Origin: a virus
Taxonomy: Duplodnaviria > Caudoviricetes
IMG/VR virus record: IMGVR_UViG_3300049015_000081
Span: 1 to 26,929 of that record
Length of the DNA stretch: 26,929 nt
Strand: one strand, 5' to 3'
Position 1 is the first letter of the stretch, and every line of letters starts with the position of its first letter. The notes under the pieces were generated by a model. It had not been told where the DNA came from, ran no database searches, and saw only the letters and a list, made by a program, of their open reading frames with translations. A program made the translations under genes and the position numbers. Positions 8,989 through 17,498 of this stretch are shown here, in pieces.

Positions 8989-9228
8989 TGTCTTTCCTTA
9001 GCATGAGGGAGGTGTTGAAAACTTAACCTACAGCAAGGCAAATTGCTATTATTGCGCATGAATAAGTGACGGTTCGATAAGTGAACATCGGATTCCCAAT
9101 GGGGCAGGACTGACCGTTGGTTAGTGGCCGATTCGGCCCGGCCAGTCAGCACATTCCGCACTGTACCAAGCCTCTGAAGACGCACGCCTATAGTCATTGA
9201 CCCGTACGCGGACCTCATGAAGAAACAG

Positions 9229-10041
9229 CTAGGGAATTTCCTTGGCGATCTTGATTAGATAGTTGCCTAGCGAAGCGCTCAGTCCAACTATCAGCTCAGC
9301 ATCCGCATAGGTGGGTTCCCGTCCCTCACGGAGATGCCTACCGTGCTCTGAGGCGAAGCCCCATGCCCTAATAACGGCTTCGTCAAGCGGTTTCGGAATA
9401 ATCGCCCCATGGCGCTTCATGATGTCACCTAGGTTCGCTTTGACGTCGCCGGTAATTTCCCTCGCTACACATTCAAGGGATGCCACAGCATGCTGGATCG
9501 CGCCAGTAGAGTCTGGCTCAGGTCGACGCGATAAATCACTGATAGCTTGGTGCAGCTCTTTGCTAGCAGTAATGTTCCCTGCCTGCTTTTCAGTATCACA
9601 AGCAGATTTAACGATAACCTCGAATGATTCGGGCCCTCGAATCTCGACTCTCCCTTCGAAAAGCTTCCACCCAATCCCATTTTCGATAAAGAACTCGTTG
9701 AGCTGCTCGTAAAAGTAATCGTAATTCTCCGAGCGGTAATTGTGATTTGCTAGATGATCATGCAACTGTTCGATGATGTCATAAACCTTATACCACTTCG
9801 CTGACTGGATAAGATCGAGGTTTTCCCCATCAACGTTCGGATAGTCACTCCAGTTGTTTGGATCAGGCTGTTTTTTAAGGGCTCTGCACAAAATATGCCG
9901 CAAGTCTTTTGGTCCGAGCCCACATTCATAGCACAATTGAATTAGATATCCCCGCAACTCTTCCGGCGCGTCATTGCGAATCGTGATTTCGATTTCCTCA
10001 ACATTCGCAAATCCATTTCGCTTCGAAAATGTATCCTTCAT
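9229..10041 (-). CDS. AbiJ-NTD4-like abortive infection protein
   Basis: FSKRNG start, WYKVYDIIE, LNEFFIENGIGWKL, AIQHAVASLECVAR, WGFASEHGRH. Confidence 0.72.
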   Translation of the reverse strand: MKDTFSKRNGFANVEEIEITIRNDAPEELRGYLIQLCYECGLGPKDLRHILCRALKKQPDPNNWSDYPNVDGENLDLIQSAKWYKVYDIIEQLHDHLANHNYRSENYDYFYEQLNEFFIENGIGWKLFEGRVEIRGPESFEVIVKSACDTEKQAGNITASKELHQAISDLSRRPEPDSTGAIQHAVASLECVAREITGDVKANLGDIMKRHGAIIPKPLDEAVIRAWGFASEHGRHLREGREPTYADAELIVGLSASLGNYLIKIAKEIP

Positions 10042-10092
10042 TATTGTTAGTCCTTTTTTGGATGAAGAGGTTTAATGGTAAGCGCTCGGAGC

Positions 10093-11127
10093 TTAAGGCG
10101 ATGCTAATGAACCTTTGTAGATAAGGAGCTCAACATTAAGTTTTTTTGCCATTTCAAGAGCGGCACCGGTGAACCCGCTAGTGCTGTAAACCACGAATCT
10201 AGAACAACCGTAATAGTGCCCGCCAGAATGTGCTTGCATTACCGAATCCACGCCAACATTGCCCGCATAGTTCTTGCACTGAATTCCGATTTTTTCAGTG
10301 TTCGACTGGGCTAGGATATCAATGCCGAAGTCGCCGCTAGCACTGGTATCGTAGACTGTGTAGCCAATAATTCGGTAAAGCTCTAGAACCGCCTTTTCAA
10401 GGCCAAGGCCAATAATTCTAGAGCTTTGATTTGCAAGATCAGTGCCCCCAGAGCTTTCCAATAAATATTCGATTAATACGCCTTTGTAAGCCACATAACC
10501 ATTCCAGGTATCACCAAATTGAGACTTAAGCACCTTAAATATCTTGTCGAAGTTTAGCTCTCCGGTGGCATACCGTATGTTTTGGCTAGAAAACACTTTT
10601 ACAATCGCATCCCGTTTGGGAATGACGGAGTCAAGTGCCACCTTGAAGTTATTGACTTCGCCATAGAATCGAGTCGATAGTTGTGTCATCCACTTAAGAT
10701 CAGTGACAGTCCGAGCTCCGGCCTCAAAAGATTCAAAATATTTCTTGTGCTCTTTGTAGCCTGCTGGGTCTACAAAATTTAGTAGAGGGCTCAGTAGTTC
10801 ATCATAAGATTTGAGCTCGCCGTAGAGCTCAAACCTTTGCTCTAACGTCAAGTTGGTGATTTCATCCAAAAAATAGGAGGTTATTGATAGAGGCAGTGGA
10901 GAGACATCACACAGCTCCTGAATTGAAAGCTTTAATCTCTCATATGTATCAGTTACATCGATAAAGCGGAGGGAGCTCCACTTCTGGAACTGTGCTTCGG
11001 GAATATCGACGAAACCATTCGTCATAGCAGCAAGAAAATTTAGAAATACGTCTGCTTCTACATACTGAATGTTTTTCGGAGCGTTTCTTCCATAAAATAG
11101 ATGGGCCATTTGAATCCCGACATCCAT
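10093..11127 (-). CDS. Mrr_cat-type PD-(D/E)xK endonuclease with unrecognised N-terminal domain
   Basis: C-terminal LEKAVLELY..GY..GDFGIDILA..IQCKNY..VGVDSV..STSGFT..A; start 11127 or 11109. Confidence 0.8.
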   Translation of the reverse strand: MDVGIQMAHLFYGRNAPKNIQYVEADVFLNFLAAMTNGFVDIPEAQFQKWSSLRFIDVTDTYERLKLSIQELCDVSPLPLSITSYFLDEITNLTLEQRFELYGELKSYDELLSPLLNFVDPAGYKEHKKYFESFEAGARTVTDLKWMTQLSTRFYGEVNNFKVALDSVIPKRDAIVKVFSSQNIRYATGELNFDKIFKVLKSQFGDTWNGYVAYKGVLIEYLLESSGGTDLANQSSRIIGLGLEKAVLELYRIIGYTVYDTSASGDFGIDILAQSNTEKIGIQCKNYAGNVGVDSVMQAHSGGHYYGCSRFVVYSTSGFTGAALEMAKKLNVELLIYKGSLASP

Positions 11128-11190
11128 GATGTGGCGAGTGGCCTTAGCCTACCCTACGTTGCAGATTTGGGGAATTTTCTTGAGTCGACG

Positions 11191-11670
11191 CTAAACACCT
11201 TTGGTGATGACTTCCAGGTGTGCAAATGCTAGATCCAAGATGGCCTTTTCCGCTTCTGGCTGCAGGTTGCCTTCGGCATCCATAGGCAGGTACGGCCGGC
11301 CCGGAATATCGCCCCATAGCTGCGGAAAATCTGCCTGTTCCCCACCGAATTGCATCATTGCTGCATACGGTTTATTGCTGCCCACCAACGCCGAGCTCTC
11401 GGTGGCGTGGGTGGTGATCGAGGCAGCCAAACCGGCGGCACTGACTTGCAGCATCTTGCCAGGCCAGTGGCCGGCTTCGGTTCGGCGTCCAATGGTCACG
11501 TCGGAGAGTTCGTGCCACTGGGGTCGGCCTTCATGTTCGAAGTTTTCTTCGGTTTGGCTGGCGAGTTCGGCGGCCAGGCTGTGCATCAGTGGCGTTAGGT
11601 CGCCGATGGACTGTTCCACTTTGCTTAGGGTTTGCTGCAGGTGTTGGTGGTCTAGTTCGATGATGAGCAT
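11191..11670 (-). CDS. Mu gpG-like virion morphogenesis protein
   Basis: ENFEHEGRPQW, VGSNKPYAAMMQFGG, IPGRPYLP. Confidence 0.88.
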   Translation of the reverse strand: MLIIELDHQHLQQTLSKVEQSIGDLTPLMHSLAAELASQTEENFEHEGRPQWHELSDVTIGRRTEAGHWPGKMLQVSAAGLAASITTHATESSALVGSNKPYAAMMQFGGEQADFPQLWGDIPGRPYLPMDAEGNLQPEAEKAILDLAFAHLEVITKGV

Positions 11671-11728
11671 GGGATGCCTTCCGTATTGGTTTGCGGTGGG
11701 TCAGGAAGTATTGGTTGGGCTGGGTTTT

Positions 11729-11770
11729 GGGGCTGCTGTGCAGCCCAGCGGGAGCAAGCTCCCTCGCCAC
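11729..11770 (-). repeat. Pseudomonas GTGG-family REP element (single copy)
   Basis: Minus strand GTGGCGAGGGAGCTTGCTCCCGCTGGGCTGCACAGCAGCCCC; hairpins GGGAGC-AA-GCTCCC (11750-11763) and GGGCTGC-TGT-GCAGCCC (11730-11746). Confidence 0.8.
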
Positions 11771-11782
11771 GGGGGACGTGTC

Positions 11783-12577
11783 TTAGCTCAGGCCGGGGGC
11801 GTGGTTGAAGCCTGGGTCGGTGCGGAATGTGATCGTGTGGCCTTGGGCGTTGGTGAGTCGGATGCCTCCCACGGGTGCGGTTCTGATTTCCCCGGTGCGT
11901 TTGTCGATGCCGGTCTCTACGGTTTCGGTGAAGGTGTTCCCCTGGCTGGAGACTATGGTGAGCCCACGTCGTTTGACGGCGGCTTCGCTCAGGGCGATGA
12001 CGCGGCAGCGGCAGTTGAAGCCGTTGGGCGGGAAGATGGTTGACCAGATGGGGTCGTCGTGGCGAAAGACCTGGCCGTGCATGGCGTGGTGGCTGCTGCG
12101 GGTTTTGCCGTCGAGGATGGCGATGTACATCCAGTACGGGTGGGTCTCGGTGGTTTGTTCCATGGCGGCTTTGCGCCCGGCCATGTAGGCGCTTTGCAGG
12201 TTGGTTTGGTAGATGGTTTTCAGGCGACGCGGGCTGCCAAGCTGGACGGTTTCGGCGGTGCCTTGGCTGTCGACGATGACTTGCCGGCCCCACCAACCTT
12301 GGGCTTGTAGGACGGGTTTGAGGTTGGCGGTGAATTGCTGGAGGGTTTGGCCTTGTTGGAGGGCGATTTCGAGGGCGGCGCGGATGTCGGTGAGCAGGTC
12401 CAGGCGCATGGCTTTGGCGACGGTGAATGCGTGGTCGTGGGCCTGGTCGAGGATGTCTTGCCAATGCCAGGTGATGGTGTAGCCCTTGGCTTTCAGATAG
12501 GCGATGGCGTTGGCGGGTTCGAGGCCGAAGATGACCTTGAGGTCCGCAGGGTTGAGCTGTTTTGCAGGGCTGGCCAT
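11783..12577 (-). CDS. Mu gpF-like minor head morphogenesis protein
   Basis: AFTVAK, RRLKTIYQTNLQSAYMAGR, PPNGFNCRCRV, DPGFNHAPG. Confidence 0.9.
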   Translation of the reverse strand: MASPAKQLNPADLKVIFGLEPANAIAYLKAKGYTITWHWQDILDQAHDHAFTVAKAMRLDLLTDIRAALEIALQQGQTLQQFTANLKPVLQAQGWWGRQVIVDSQGTAETVQLGSPRRLKTIYQTNLQSAYMAGRKAAMEQTTETHPYWMYIAILDGKTRSSHHAMHGQVFRHDDPIWSTIFPPNGFNCRCRVIALSEAAVKRRGLTIVSSQGNTFTETVETGIDKRTGEIRTAPVGGIRLTNAQGHTITFRTDPGFNHAPGLS

Positions 12578-12578
12578 G

Positions 12579-13961
12579 TCAATCTTCCCGGTCTGCGGTT
12601 GTGCTTAGCCGGCCCCAGGTGTCGGCCATGAACATGAGGTTGGCGAGGTTTTCAGTGAGTTGGTTTAAGGGCTCGGCCGGCAGGCTGTCGATAGCTTGGT
12701 CGAGGGCTGCTTGATCCGGCGCTCGGTGTTGTGTGGTTTCGGCGAATGCGGGTTTGTCGCCCTGGGCCGGTGTTTGTTGTAGGTCACCGTCTTGCAGGTT
12801 GTAGGTGCGCTGCCAATAGGCGTTGGTGAACCTTACGCCGGACTCGGTCAGGGCTTTGTCGCGCTGGGCCAGGGATTTGTCGATTTCTTCTTGTTGCCAC
12901 AGCGCATAGCGCGGTGCGACGACGTGTGGGCCGAAGTTGAGATCGACGACGTGGCGGATGCAGGCGTTGAGCGCGCTGGCGACGATGGCGGCGTCGCCGT
13001 CGCGGATGTCTTGGGTGACTTCGGCACCGGCGGTGGCGCTGGCGTGGTTGGTGTCTTTTTCGGTGGTCTGGTTTTGCCCGAGCATGGCGACGTTGATTTC
13101 GCTGCGGCAGTATTCGAGCAACTGTCGGTAGACGTCGGCGCTGCCGGCTTTGCCGGCGGCTTCGATGATTTGCACGCTGGCGTCGTCGGGGATGGCGGCG
13201 ACGGCGTCTTGGACCATGGCTTCGAGGCTGTCGAGCAGCAGTTCGGTTTCGCCGTCGGTGGCGCCGCGTGGGTGTTGGCCGATGACCCAGGGGCTGCCGT
13301 ATTTTTCGGTGAACTGTACCCAGAATTTGAGGCCGCCTTTCATGAAGGTGGCCGGCCAGAAGCACATGCTCAGGTCTGGGAAACCGTAGGGGTTGGCGTA
13401 GGTCGCGTCTTGCCGGGCGACGATGAAGCGTTGCGGGTCGCAGGGCTCGCCGTCTGGGCCGGCGTCTTTGGCGCGAAAGCGCAATGCGTTGTCTTTGTCG
13501 TAGAAGAACCATTCAGCCGGTTTGCCGAGCAGGTCTTGCGGCACCCAATGTCTGCCCACGGGTTGCCAGAGCAGTTCGATGGGTTGGTAGCCGAACAAGG
13601 GCGCATCGAGTAGTTCGCGGATGATGCGGTCCAGGTCGAGGTCGGCGAGCCAGTCGGTGATGAAGCGTTCCACGTGACGGGCAGTTTGTTCGCGTTGCAG
13701 GCCTCGCTCCAGTGACAGGACCGCGGCCTTGCGGCGGCGGATGTTGCCGCCGACCAGGGCCGAGCTGCGCAGGTCGCGGTAGACGGCGATGTCTTTGCCT
13801 TGGGCTTTGAGGATGGGGTCGGGGTTGGGCAAGTGGCTGGTGAAGTCGCTGGCCTGTGCGCGGCCACGGGTGGCTATGTGCTGTTTGAGCGAGGGCCTGC
13901 GTTGGGCCTCTGCGAAGCTTATGAATTCGGTGGGGCTGACCCACACTCCTGCTTTGTTCAT
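12579..13961 (-). CDS. Mu gp29-like portal protein (DUF935)
   Basis: 460 aa; LDAPLFGYQPIE, NPYG, FTEKYGSPW, LGQNQTT; between terminase and gpF. Confidence 0.88.
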   Translation of the reverse strand: MNKAGVWVSPTEFISFAEAQRRPSLKQHIATRGRAQASDFTSHLPNPDPILKAQGKDIAVYRDLRSSALVGGNIRRRKAAVLSLERGLQREQTARHVERFITDWLADLDLDRIIRELLDAPLFGYQPIELLWQPVGRHWVPQDLLGKPAEWFFYDKDNALRFRAKDAGPDGEPCDPQRFIVARQDATYANPYGFPDLSMCFWPATFMKGGLKFWVQFTEKYGSPWVIGQHPRGATDGETELLLDSLEAMVQDAVAAIPDDASVQIIEAAGKAGSADVYRQLLEYCRSEINVAMLGQNQTTEKDTNHASATAGAEVTQDIRDGDAAIVASALNACIRHVVDLNFGPHVVAPRYALWQQEEIDKSLAQRDKALTESGVRFTNAYWQRTYNLQDGDLQQTPAQGDKPAFAETTQHRAPDQAALDQAIDSLPAEPLNQLTENLANLMFMADTWGRLSTTADRED

Positions 13962-15562
13962 GCGTACCCCTGGGTGAGGCGTTGGCCCTGGCGTGGGCGG
14001 CGTGATTTGACGGTGACCGGGCCGCTGGCGACTTCCAGGGTGGCGAAGTTGGCCAGCACGCCGGCGCCAGCAAAGTCACCGTGGCGGTAGAGGTCGGGGT
14101 CTTTGAGGTCTTGTTTGCGGGCTTTGACGATCATGGGGATGCCATCGACGGTCTCGATGGCGCGGATGTCTTGGTGCAGGGAGTCGTCTTTGGGCAGCGT
14201 GAGGGTCGCGTCTTCGAACAGTTGCACGAATTTTGGCATCCAGGCGCCGTACCAGGCGCGGGTGATTTTGACTTGTTGGATGCGGTTGTGGCCGAACGCG
14301 TCGGCGGTGTCTTCGGCGAGTGTTTCGCCGCTGCCGGTGGCGTCCAGGGCCGCGCCGACGAAACGCGGCAACCGGCGCAGAATGTAGAAGAGGATTTGCT
14401 GTTGTTGTCGGGTGGGTACTTTGTGCATTTCCACCACGAACGGGACGTCGCGATGCCGGGTTTGATCAACGGACATCGGGCAGATGATGGAGAAGTCGCG
14501 GTGTCGGGCGTAGTCCATGCCGAGGAAGTGGCGCCATTCGGGGTTGAGCGGTTGTAGTAACGGTGCCAGGTAGCGTTCGATCCAGTCGTCGACGTAGGCC
14601 TCGCGCCGGTAGACCGGTTGTTGCGTGAAGTCGTCATCCAGTGCCAGGCGTAGGACGGTGCGCCCGGGGCGCATGGCTTCATCGATCCAGACGCCGGGAA
14701 TGCAGACGCCGTTGCCGTCGCGGGGGATGGCGTCGAGTTCTTCGCGCATCTGTGCTTTGCGTGGGCCGTAGGCGTTGCGGATTTGCTTGTACCAGGCCTC
14801 TTTGTCTTCGGCGGTGGCGAGCTTACCGGCCATGAAGCAGACCCGTTCAAACAGGCCGTTGGCGACGGCGTCGTCGAAGGTGGCGCGATAGACCTGGGCG
14901 CTGCTGCCGTAGCGCTGGCCGCGGATGTCGCTGACCATTTGGTTGAAGGCGTTGGCTTTGCCGTTGTGGGTGCTGATGATGATGATGCGACCGCCCCAGA
15001 TGAGCAGCGCGGTGGCGGCGTCGAGCACGGCCGAGACGTCACGGTGAAAGGCGGCCTCGTCGATGATGACTTTGCCTTGCAGGCCGCGCACGCCGGCCGG
15101 GTTGCTAGAGAGCGCGACGATTTTGAACCCCGAGGCGTAGCGGATGCGGTAGGCGTTGATGTGGCGGGTGTTGCCGGCGTCGTCTTGGTCTTGGAAGAGG
15201 AATTCTTCGATTTGGCTGACGCCGGAGGCCTGCGCTTCGGCGATGACGCGGCTGAATTTGGCGCAATAGCCGATAAATTCCAGGCCCTTTTCTTTGGTGT
15301 CGCCGATGTAGAAGCAGTCCATGCCGCCGGCGATTTTTTGCGAGGCGGCGGTGATGACGCTGTCCAGTGCTTCGGCGAAGGTAATGCCGGTGCGGCGGCC
15401 CTTTTCACAGAGTTTGATGTGGGCGTCGATGGCCAGCCATTGGGATTGGTGGGCCATGAGGATGCCTTCGTCCAGCGGGTTGTAGCCTTCGGGGATCTGG
15501 CGGACGCTGGGCGGCAGTTCGTCCCATTCGATGACGCGCAGTGTGCTGGAGACCGGCTTCAT
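13958..15562 (-). CDS. Terminase large subunit (Mu gp28-like)
   Basis: EKGRRTGIT, VIIDEAAF, ISTHNG, GMDYAR, ALDATG, RHGDFA. Confidence 0.92.
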   Translation of the reverse strand: MKPVSSTLRVIEWDELPPSVRQIPEGYNPLDEGILMAHQSQWLAIDAHIKLCEKGRRTGITFAEALDSVITAASQKIAGGMDCFYIGDTKEKGLEFIGYCAKFSRVIAEAQASGVSQIEEFLFQDQDDAGNTRHINAYRIRYASGFKIVALSSNPAGVRGLQGKVIIDEAAFHRDVSAVLDAATALLIWGGRIIIISTHNGKANAFNQMVSDIRGQRYGSSAQVYRATFDDAVANGLFERVCFMAGKLATAEDKEAWYKQIRNAYGPRKAQMREELDAIPRDGNGVCIPGVWIDEAMRPGRTVLRLALDDDFTQQPVYRREAYVDDWIERYLAPLLQPLNPEWRHFLGMDYARHRDFSIICPMSVDQTRHRDVPFVVEMHKVPTRQQQQILFYILRRLPRFVGAALDATGSGETLAEDTADAFGHNRIQQVKITRAWYGAWMPKFVQLFEDATLTLPKDDSLHQDIRAIETVDGIPMIVKARKQDLKDPDLYRHGDFAGAGVLANFATLEVASGPVTVKSRRPRQGQRLTQGYA

Positions 15563-16110
15563 GGTTTGACGCCGAGGAACTTCTGGCGCCAGAACCGGGC
15601 TTGGTCTTCGGTCATGCCTTGGGCTTTGACGGCGTTGTCCAGTTCGGCGGCTTGTTCTTGGAGCAGGCGTTCACGGGTGGCTTTTTCGATGGCTTGGCGT
15701 TCTTTGACGCTGAGGGTGCGGGCTTCCATGGTGGCTTTGGCGGCGCGGGCCAGTGCGGAGACTTCGGCGACGGTGACGTCGTCTTTTTCGTGGGCGCCCA
15801 TGGCGGCTTGGTAGGTCAGGGTTGAGATGGCTTCGACGAGTAAGGCGCCGGTTTTGTCGGTGGTGTCTTCACCGAAGGCACCGACGAAGGCTTCGGCCAT
15901 TTCGCGTTGTTGGCGGGCTTTGTCGATGAGTTCGTCGAAGCCGACTTTGAAGCGGCCCAGGGCGCTGCGGCTGGGGGGCTTTTCGTTGGGGAAGCGCCGT
16001 TGGATGTCGGCGAGCATGTCGTCGAGGGTCAGCCGGTCTTCGCGCAGGAGCTTTTGTATGTAGGCCTTGACGATGGGCGGCAGACGGTTGATGGAGGATT
16101 TGCCAGCCAT
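15559..16110 (-). CDS. Mu gp27-like (DUF3486) putative small terminase
   Basis: SSINRLP, SRSALGR; directly upstream of TerL with ATGA overlap. Confidence 0.82.
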   Translation of the reverse strand: MAGKSSINRLPPIVKAYIQKLLREDRLTLDDMLADIQRRFPNEKPPSRSALGRFKVGFDELIDKARQQREMAEAFVGAFGEDTTDKTGALLVEAISTLTYQAAMGAHEKDDVTVAEVSALARAAKATMEARTLSVKERQAIEKATRERLLQEQAAELDNAVKAQGMTEDQARFWRQKFLGVKP

Positions 16111-16112
16111 GG

Positions 16113-16406
16113 TCAGGCCCCCGGGCGTTTGATGCCGGGCACGCGGGCGCGGCCGGCGGCGATGTCTTGGCCGCGTTCGGTGAGGGTGGCGACCAGTACC
16201 GGGCCGATGTCGGCCAGGGTGACGGCGCCCTGTTCGGTGAGCCAGTGCAGTTCGGTTTTGATTTGGTCGCGGCTGGCGGTGTGGCCGAAGTTGTCGAGGG
16301 CGGTGTTGAGGACGGAGCTGTTGGCGCGGTAGCCGGGCATTTCAGCCAGCAGCCGCAGGATGACCAGGCGCATGTCGTGGCGCAGGTAGTCGGCATAGGG
16401 GGTCAT
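16113..16406 (-). CDS. Mu gp26-like winged-helix protein, 97 aa
   Basis: ATG 16406 (ATGA overlap); RLVILRLL..GYRANSSVL..ELHWLTEQG..TERGQDIAAG..PGIKRP. Confidence 0.82.
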   Translation of the reverse strand: MTPYADYLRHDMRLVILRLLAEMPGYRANSSVLNTALDNFGHTASRDQIKTELHWLTEQGAVTLADIGPVLVATLTERGQDIAAGRARVPGIKRPGA

Positions 16407-16708
16407 GTTTTTTCTCGCAGCAGGTAGTCGTTGATGCGGTCCAGCGACCGGGCCAAGGGGCTGAGGGCGTCTTTGACGCCGGAGAGTTCGGCACGGATGG
16501 CTTTCATGTCGCCCAAAAGGTCGGCGATGGCCGACGGGTCTGGCAGGTGCCGGACGTGTTCTTCTAGGGCGACGATGCGGGTGCGCAGTTCGAGCAGTTC
16601 TTGGGTGCTGGCGGTCTGGCGTTTGGTGATCCAGGTGTAGAGGGCGAGTACGGTGAGGACCAGCCACTGGACGGTTTGGAAGCCGAAGTTGAGTTCGTTG
16701 AGGTTCAT
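16403..16708 (-). CDS. Mu gp25-like (DUF2730) membrane-anchored coiled-coil protein
   Basis: N-terminal TM segment, RIVALEEHVRHLP, INDYLL. Confidence 0.78.
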   Translation of the reverse strand: MNLNELNFGFQTVQWLVLTVLALYTWITKRQTASTQELLELRTRIVALEEHVRHLPDPSAIADLLGDMKAIRAELSGVKDALSPLARSLDRINDYLLREKT

Positions 16709-16734
16709 TCAAGGCTCCGGGTCTTGAGGTTGGC

Positions 16735-16941
16735 TTAGCGCCCTGGGCTTTGTTTGATCAGGCGTGCGACGAACAGGAGGACGGCCAGTGCGCTGTTGAA
16801 GGCGGCGTAGGCGTTGGGCGACAGCTGGGGTTGCCAGAGCGGCAACAGCTCCAGTTGGGCGAACGCTACCAGGACGATGACCAAGCTGATCTGGATGCTG
16901 TAGAGCTTGTAGCCGTGGCGCCAGTCGGTGATCAGTCTCAT
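16735..16941 (-). CDS. Putative holin
   Basis: 68 aa, two hydrophobic segments, MRLITDWR...ARLIKQ; coupled to endolysin by ATGA overlap. Confidence 0.65.
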   Translation of the reverse strand: MRLITDWRHGYKLYSIQISLVIVLVAFAQLELLPLWQPQLSPNAYAAFNSALAVLLFVARLIKQSPGR

Positions 16942-17438
16942 GCCGCCGCCCCCTTGAATTGGCCGTGGACGATGCCGCGTTCGATGCCGGCCAGTGATAG
17001 GCCCTCGCTGATGATGGCGTCGCCGTACCAGCGGCCGCCCGGCAAGGGGCCTGCGCCGTTTTCGTGGCGGATGATGACGGTGACCAGGGCGCGCATGATT
17101 TCGAAGTCGTAGACGTCGACGCTGGCGACGTCGGGGTCCAGGCCCAGGGCGCGCGCAACGCTGATGACGTAGGCGTCGGTGTTGTTTTCTGATGGCGGTG
17201 CCCAGCGTTCGATGATTTCGCGCACGGTGTCGATGGGGCTGCCGTCGGCGGCGCGGCGTTTGTCTTGGTAGGTGATGAGGACGCGGGCGATGGCGCGAAT
17301 GCCCCAGCGTGGGTTGATGAATTGGGTGAATTGGTTGTCGGTCTGGATGGGAGCTGCGCCTTGCCAGCGGATGCCTTGGGTGTGGCGGATGTTGCCGGGG
17401 TTGTAGTTGCGGATGCCGCGGGGGTGTTCGGGTCGCAT
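16938..17438 (-). CDS. Putative endolysin (lysozyme-like, 'structural protein P5' family)
   Basis: RGIRNYNPGNIR, GIRA, IIERWAPPSENNTDAY, IIRHENG; ATG 17438 with GGAGG RBS; first late gene. Confidence 0.75.
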   Translation of the reverse strand: MRPEHPRGIRNYNPGNIRHTQGIRWQGAAPIQTDNQFTQFINPRWGIRAIARVLITYQDKRRAADGSPIDTVREIIERWAPPSENNTDAYVISVARALGLDPDVASVDVYDFEIMRALVTVIIRHENGAGPLPGGRWYGDAIISEGLSLAGIERGIVHGQFKGAAA

Positions 17439-17498
17439 GGGGTTGCCTCCAGTCGTGGCGCCCCTGGGGTTTGGGGCGTTGGATGTGCTCACGCCGCT

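Noticed and set aside
9021-9126. Integron attC site (ACTTAAC...GTTAGTG)
   Set aside because: Right core does not fit GTTRRRY, complementarity is poor and no integron integrase is present
2876-11190. Anti-CRISPR/aca genes at the G-I locus
   Set aside because: No small acidic ORF cluster with an HTH aca gene; the cargo genes are large and defence-like
11201-17158. Many overlapping alternative-frame and antisense ORFs in the late region
   Set aside because: Low-complexity translations that overlap conserved Mu-like genes
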